The position numbers and the translations under genes are program-made. Of a stretch of 64,000 bases of DNA, positions 60,097-64,000 are shown piece after piece (position 1 is the first letter of the stretch; every line of letters begins with the position of its first letter). A model generated the notes under the pieces. The model ran no database searches. It was not told the DNA's origin and saw only the letters and a program-made list of their open reading frames with translations. Source of the stretch: Syntrophales bacterium (GTDB lineage Bacteria > Desulfobacterota > Syntrophia > Syntrophales > PHBD01); assembly GCA_963668175.1 (NCBI GenBank), contig OY764159.1:2656001-2720000 (forward strand). The letters are read 5' to 3'.

Positions 60097-60777
60097 TCAT
60101 CGATTATCGAGAATCTTCACTGCGCCCGAGTCGAGATAGTACTCGGCGAGAACGACCCTGATTTTTTTCGAGGCGACCATCTCCTTTAGGATGGGGCTTT
60201 TCGCCATGAGCTCCCGGTAGACGTTCCGGACGTTCCCCTGGATGCTCGCTTCCATGATGTCCCCGCCCTTGGACTTGGCCTCTTTCACCGCCGGCATGAT
60301 CTTGGCGACGATGGCGCCGATGCTGTCGTGGGGATGGCCCTTCTCCTTCCTGACGGGCTTGCCCGCGGCGTCGACCGTGGCCTTGACGGCGCCGCAGCCC
60401 TGGTGGCCGAGGATGACGAGAAGCGGCGCATGGAGGTGCTCGATGCCGTATTCGAGGCTGCCGATGCCGATCGTATCGACCGTGTTGCCCGCCGTCCGCA
60501 CAACGAAGAGATCGCCCAGGCCCTGGTCGAAGAGCAGCTCCGGCGGGACCCGCGAATCCGAACATGAAAGGATCACGGCGAAGGGATGCTGCCCCTTCGT
60601 CAGCTCCTTCCTGCGTGCATCGCTGATGTCGCCGACCCCGTACGTGCCGTCCACGAACCGCTTGTTGCCGTCCATGAGTTTGGTTTGCGCTTCGTCGCTG
60701 CCGCCGTCCGCCTGTATCGTGCCGCAGATGAAGAACATCGCCGTCAACATGCCGAAAAGAATGATAATCTTCTTCAT
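60097..60777 (-). CDS. Exported beta-class carbonic anhydrase
   Basis: CSDSRVP and GHQGCGA zinc ligands; signal peptide; AAGGAG RBS. Confidence 0.93.
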   Translation of the reverse strand: MKKIIILFGMLTAMFFICGTIQADGGSDEAQTKLMDGNKRFVDGTYGVGDISDARRKELTKGQHPFAVILSCSDSRVPPELLFDQGLGDLFVVRTAGNTVDTIGIGSLEYGIEHLHAPLLVILGHQGCGAVKATVDAAGKPVRKEKGHPHDSIGAIVAKIMPAVKEAKSKGGDIMEASIQGNVRNVYRELMAKSPILKEMVASKKIRVVLAEYYLDSGAVKILDNR

Positions 60778-61094
60778 AGCAAACTCCTTAAAGGTGATTT
60801 GAGATATCGTCTGTTGCACGATGTCCCACCGTCTGACCATACAGTATTCGTGCCAGATGCGCGCCCGGCCGGGAAGACGGGGCCGGAGTGCGAACGCCGC
60901 CCCGGTTGATATAGAATCGTGTCAAGGGGCAAAGAGAGGCCGTTTGACGGCCCCAGCCGGCCGCAGGCGGCCGCGAACGGAGGCGCGGGAAACCCGGTGT
61001 ATAATGCAATGAGACGGGGCCACGCAGGCGGTCCTTAAAAGATCGGAGGTTGGAATGGACGGTGCGGCTTTCAGGGCAGGAATGGAGATCGCGA

Positions 61095-61319
61095 ATGGCG
61101 AACGGGGATATTGAAACGGCCGTACAGGGCTGGCGGGCCATTGCGAAGACGGTCGGCTGGTCGCTCCGGTCCGCGTACCGCCGCCGGGACGAACTGCGGG
61201 AGGCGGGCGTCGTCTTCTACCGCAAGACGGGCAGGCCGCCGAAGAAGGCCGTCTTCCACTTCCCGTCGCGACTGAAGGACTGGATCGCCCGCAAGTCCGC
61301 CGCGGGCGAGAAGATATGA
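61095..61319 (+). CDS. Small basic HTH-like protein
   Basis: GWRAIAKTVGWSLRSAYR; GGAG RBS. Confidence 0.65.
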   Translation: MANGDIETAVQGWRAIAKTVGWSLRSAYRRRDELREAGVVFYRKTGRPPKKAVFHFPSRLKDWIARKSAAGEKI

Positions 61320-61329
61320 CGTCCGGCCC

Positions 61330-62244
61330 TCAGTGGAGGTCGTCGGCAAAATCGTTTTCGCCGATGCGGTACGTCTTCTGGTTGCCCCTGTACAGATACA
61401 GATCGACGGCGCCGCCCTTGACGCCGTCCCCCTCGGGTTTTTCTTCAAGGGCGAAAGGTTCCGAGCGGAAGCAGTCGCCCGTGCTCAGGTTCCTGTACCG
61501 GACGTCGTATTTGCCGTTGCGGATGCCCTTGACGGTGTACCGGTCGCCCGCCCGGACGAATAAGACCCGGACGGCCTTTTCCCCCGGCTCGTCGAGGCGG
61601 AAGATCTTGACGAGCATGTCGGAGTTCGTGTTGCCGTTGTCCACCGTGACCTGCGAGCTGCCGTCGGTATGCCTGGTCTGATATCCCTGGATGTGACCCG
61701 ATACTTTCGGCCAGGCCGCGCCGTTTTCCGCGACGGGCGGCCTGACATACCTGGGCTCGGAAGGCGTCAGTCTGCCCTGCGGTTCGAAGACAGGCTCCTC
61801 CCTGTTCTTCTTTATGCCGATGTAGGCGACAAGGACCAGGATCAGAAGGAAGTAGAAGAACCAATACCTGGCAAGATAGGACAGGACCGTGGCGTTGTTC
61901 GCGGCCGCGCGGCCGGCGGGAGCGGCCGGGCCCTTGCGCGGGGGCGGTTTGGGGACGGAAGCCGACGACGCGGCGCTGTAGGCGCTGCGGACGGATTCCG
62001 ACGCGGTCTTTCCGTCCCGCTCCATGCCGGCTATCCAGGCGTCGTGCTCTTTCCTCTTTTCCGGGTCGGAGAGGACCTTGTAGGAGGCGTTGATGATGGA
62101 CATGATCTCCGCGGACCGGGGATCGTCCATGTTCTTGTCGGGGTGGTATTTCTGGGAAAGGGACCGGTAGGCGGCGCGGATGACCTCGATGGGCGCGTCG
62201 CGCGCAACTTTCAGGTTGTCGTAATGGGTTCTGAACTTCGCCAA
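61330..62244 (-). CDS. Membrane-anchored J-domain (DnaJ-like) protein
   Basis: THYDNLKV...YHPDKN, TM segment, extracytoplasmic domain. Confidence 0.9.
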   Translation of the reverse strand: MAKFRTHYDNLKVARDAPIEVIRAAYRSLSQKYHPDKNMDDPRSAEIMSIINASYKVLSDPEKRKEHDAWIAGMERDGKTASESVRSAYSAASSASVPKPPPRKGPAAPAGRAAANNATVLSYLARYWFFYFLLILVLVAYIGIKKNREEPVFEPQGRLTPSEPRYVRPPVAENGAAWPKVSGHIQGYQTRHTDGSSQVTVDNGNTNSDMLVKIFRLDEPGEKAVRVLFVRAGDRYTVKGIRNGKYDVRYRNLSTGDCFRSEPFALEEKPEGDGVKGGAVDLYLYRGNQKTYRIGENDFADDLH

Positions 62245-62490
62245 GGCGTCACCGTATCGCGTCTTTCGCCGCTTCGGTCCCCGCTCCTCGCCGGGGACGC
62301 CGAATGAAGATATGCTATCTTATTCGCCTTGGAATATCAACAATTTTGGGGGACTGCCCGTTCCGCGGAGTGCACTGGCGAACTTTCGAGGACGCTCCGG
62401 GAACCGGTGTACGTACGCCGGATTTCAACCATGCAGTGGAGGGTATCGCGTCATATATATAGCGGCGATGCGCCTGGGATATTGTCGCAG

Positions 62491-62516
62491 AATTAAGTAT
62501 GGATGTCCCCGGAACT
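62491..62516. repeat. GGGGAC-family motif (AATTAAGTA...GTCCCC orientation)
   Basis: aattaagtatggatgtccccggaact versus 4242 aattaagtatggtgtccccggaatt. Confidence 0.85.
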
Positions 62517-62539
62517 TTCAGGAATCTCACTGTGGTTTC

Positions 62540-63262
62540 TCAAATATCGCCCTGCTTATTGATATGGCTTTGACCTATCAGAGGTAACTTCATTCCACTC
62601 GGTAGTTCTTCGGCATGTCCTTGAGTATTCCAGACAATCTCTACAAGTTCACGAATTCGATCAACTATTGGTTTAGCGTCATTTCCAAGCTTTCCTAACA
62701 CTACACCTGCATCTCCTATGAGTCCCCAGAATCTATCAAGGTCGGAGATGCGTTTGTGTAATTCAGATTGCAGTGCTTCCAGGCGTTTAAGCAGACGTCT
62801 TTGGTGATCCGCTTCCAGTTTCTCACTTGAAGTAATGAAATCACGAAGTTCATTAATCAGTGTTTGAACACGTATTAGATCACCTTTTGAGAATTCGTAT
62901 ACGAAAGTAACGCCCATTTTGCTGCGTATTACTAAGCGATCTTTTTCGGTCTTAATTTCCCTTTCCAAATTGCTTAACATTTCAAGAGTGTTTTGAAGAA
63001 ATTGATGAATTATACTGCATTTCTCAGACATGGAATGAGATCTAAGCATGGACGGCATTACAAAATTCACGGGAAACATCTTTCCTTTATTCATTTCATC
63101 TAGAATAAGATAAGCTTCCATGAGTATGTCGTATTCTTCTTGTTTCCATGATTGTTCATTCGACATATTTGCAAATGTTGATTCGCAAACATCGATAGCA
63201 CCAGATATTGGATCATGTTTCAGATCTTGCAAGAAATCATCGTCAAAAATCATCATTGTCAC
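62540..63262 (-). CDS. AT-rich hypothetical helical protein
   Basis: 240-aa ORF, low GC, bounded by GGGGAC-family motifs. Confidence 0.8.
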   Translation of the reverse strand: MTMMIFDDDFLQDLKHDPISGAIDVCESTFANMSNEQSWKQEEYDILMEAYLILDEMNKGKMFPVNFVMPSMLRSHSMSEKCSIIHQFLQNTLEMLSNLEREIKTEKDRLVIRSKMGVTFVYEFSKGDLIRVQTLINELRDFITSSEKLEADHQRRLLKRLEALQSELHKRISDLDRFWGLIGDAGVVLGKLGNDAKPIVDRIRELVEIVWNTQGHAEELPSGMKLPLIGQSHINKQGDI

Positions 63263-63394
63263 CCCCGATATTGAAATCTGATTTTGTGACTTCTGAATAT
63301 CTTATGTGGTAGACAATAGGAATATTTTATTTAGATGTCAAATATTTTAACTATGATGTGATGAACAATTCCTAGGAAACCATCCCCACAGTCA

Positions 63395-63463
63395 GTGGAC
63401 GTGATACTTATTGATCGATAGTTCCCTCCGATAAATTAGGAGAAAAAGGGGACGGTTGTTAAT
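63395..63463. repeat. Two degenerate GGGGAC-family motifs ahead of the integrase
   Basis: gtggacgtgatacttatt at 63395 and ggggacggttgttaat at 63448. Confidence 0.5.
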
Positions 63464-63519
63464 GCTCAGTAATTAGGTAACCTTTCTGGTATAATAAATA
63501 AACCATAAGGGGATACCTG

Positions 63520-64000
63520 ATGAAGCATTCTGAACAAGTCGTTATCAAGCGATGGGGCCCGATCTTAAAGGAATACGAAAAGACCAAATCAAAAGTTACG
63601 CCCCGTGCCTTTCGATATATCAAGAACCTTTGTGAAGCACATCATATTTCACGGAAAGAACTATATCGTTATTATCGTAAATGGGTTGAAGGCGGCAAGA
63701 GTCCAGAATCCCTTCTCCCCCAAAAACGCGGAGCAAGACCAGGTTCCAGAAGAACGCCCAAAACCATAGAGAGAAACATTGTCAAGGCCTATCGTCGCTT
63801 TGGCTCTAACCGATACGAACTGGTCCTTCTGTTCAAGCCTTATTACCTGGATAAAACGCCTTCGCCGGCCACCATGGATAGAATCAAGGCACGCTATCCG
63901 CTCAATGCAACGGCGAAGAAGATTATCAAGCGTTATGAAAAGAAAACTCCCGGCGAACTGGCCCATATCGATCTGACCAAACTGCCGAAAGATTTACGGT
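63520..64000 (+). mobile_element. IS481-like / rve integrase-core transposase, N-terminal part (runs off window)
   Basis: Missing from the ORF track because it has no stop. Reads MKHSEQVVIKRW...HHISRKELYRYYRKW (HTH)...KRYEKKTPGELAHIDLTK, where the HID Asp is the first DDE residue. TG-n-TATAAT and an AAGGGG RBS lie upstream. Confidence 0.85.

Noticed and set aside
62345..62360. ggggactgcccg as the left end of a MITE pairing with 62491
   Set aside because: Only GGGGAC matches; the TACTTAATT half is absent.

Overview
This GC-rich bacterial window looks like an anaerobic Deltaproteobacterium (Syntrophales-like); that assignment is inferred from gene content only. It is an accessory region: a GC-rich backbone interrupted by several AT-richer inserts. 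Recognisable content includes two exported caspase-family (C14) proteins (one fused to WD40 repeats and running off the left edge), an MCP plus two MCP relics, a near-identical cheW tandem pair, a Ser/Thr kinase-HDOD-GAF protein and a KaiA-less kaiC-kaiB-kaiB-PAS kinase operon. It also has a sigma54-driven PEP-CTERM propeller, patatin and phospholipase D genes, and a partial IS481-like integrase at the right edge. Two candidate undescribed systems stand out. (1) A family of GGGGACA-N3-TACTTAATT inverted motifs, often stuttered, brackets AT-rich orphan gene cassettes at 3.3-5.0 kb and 62.5-63.4 kb; a variant sits directly in front of the integrase. (2) A lower-GC coupled operon encodes two paralogous lipoproteins and a signal-less metzincin-like protease carrying a 1-nt frameshift. 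There are also many duplication-bounded insertions and a 53-bp patchwork insertion built from neighbouring sequence. No rRNA, tRNA or CRISPR array was seen. All family assignments come from motif recognition, not database searches.
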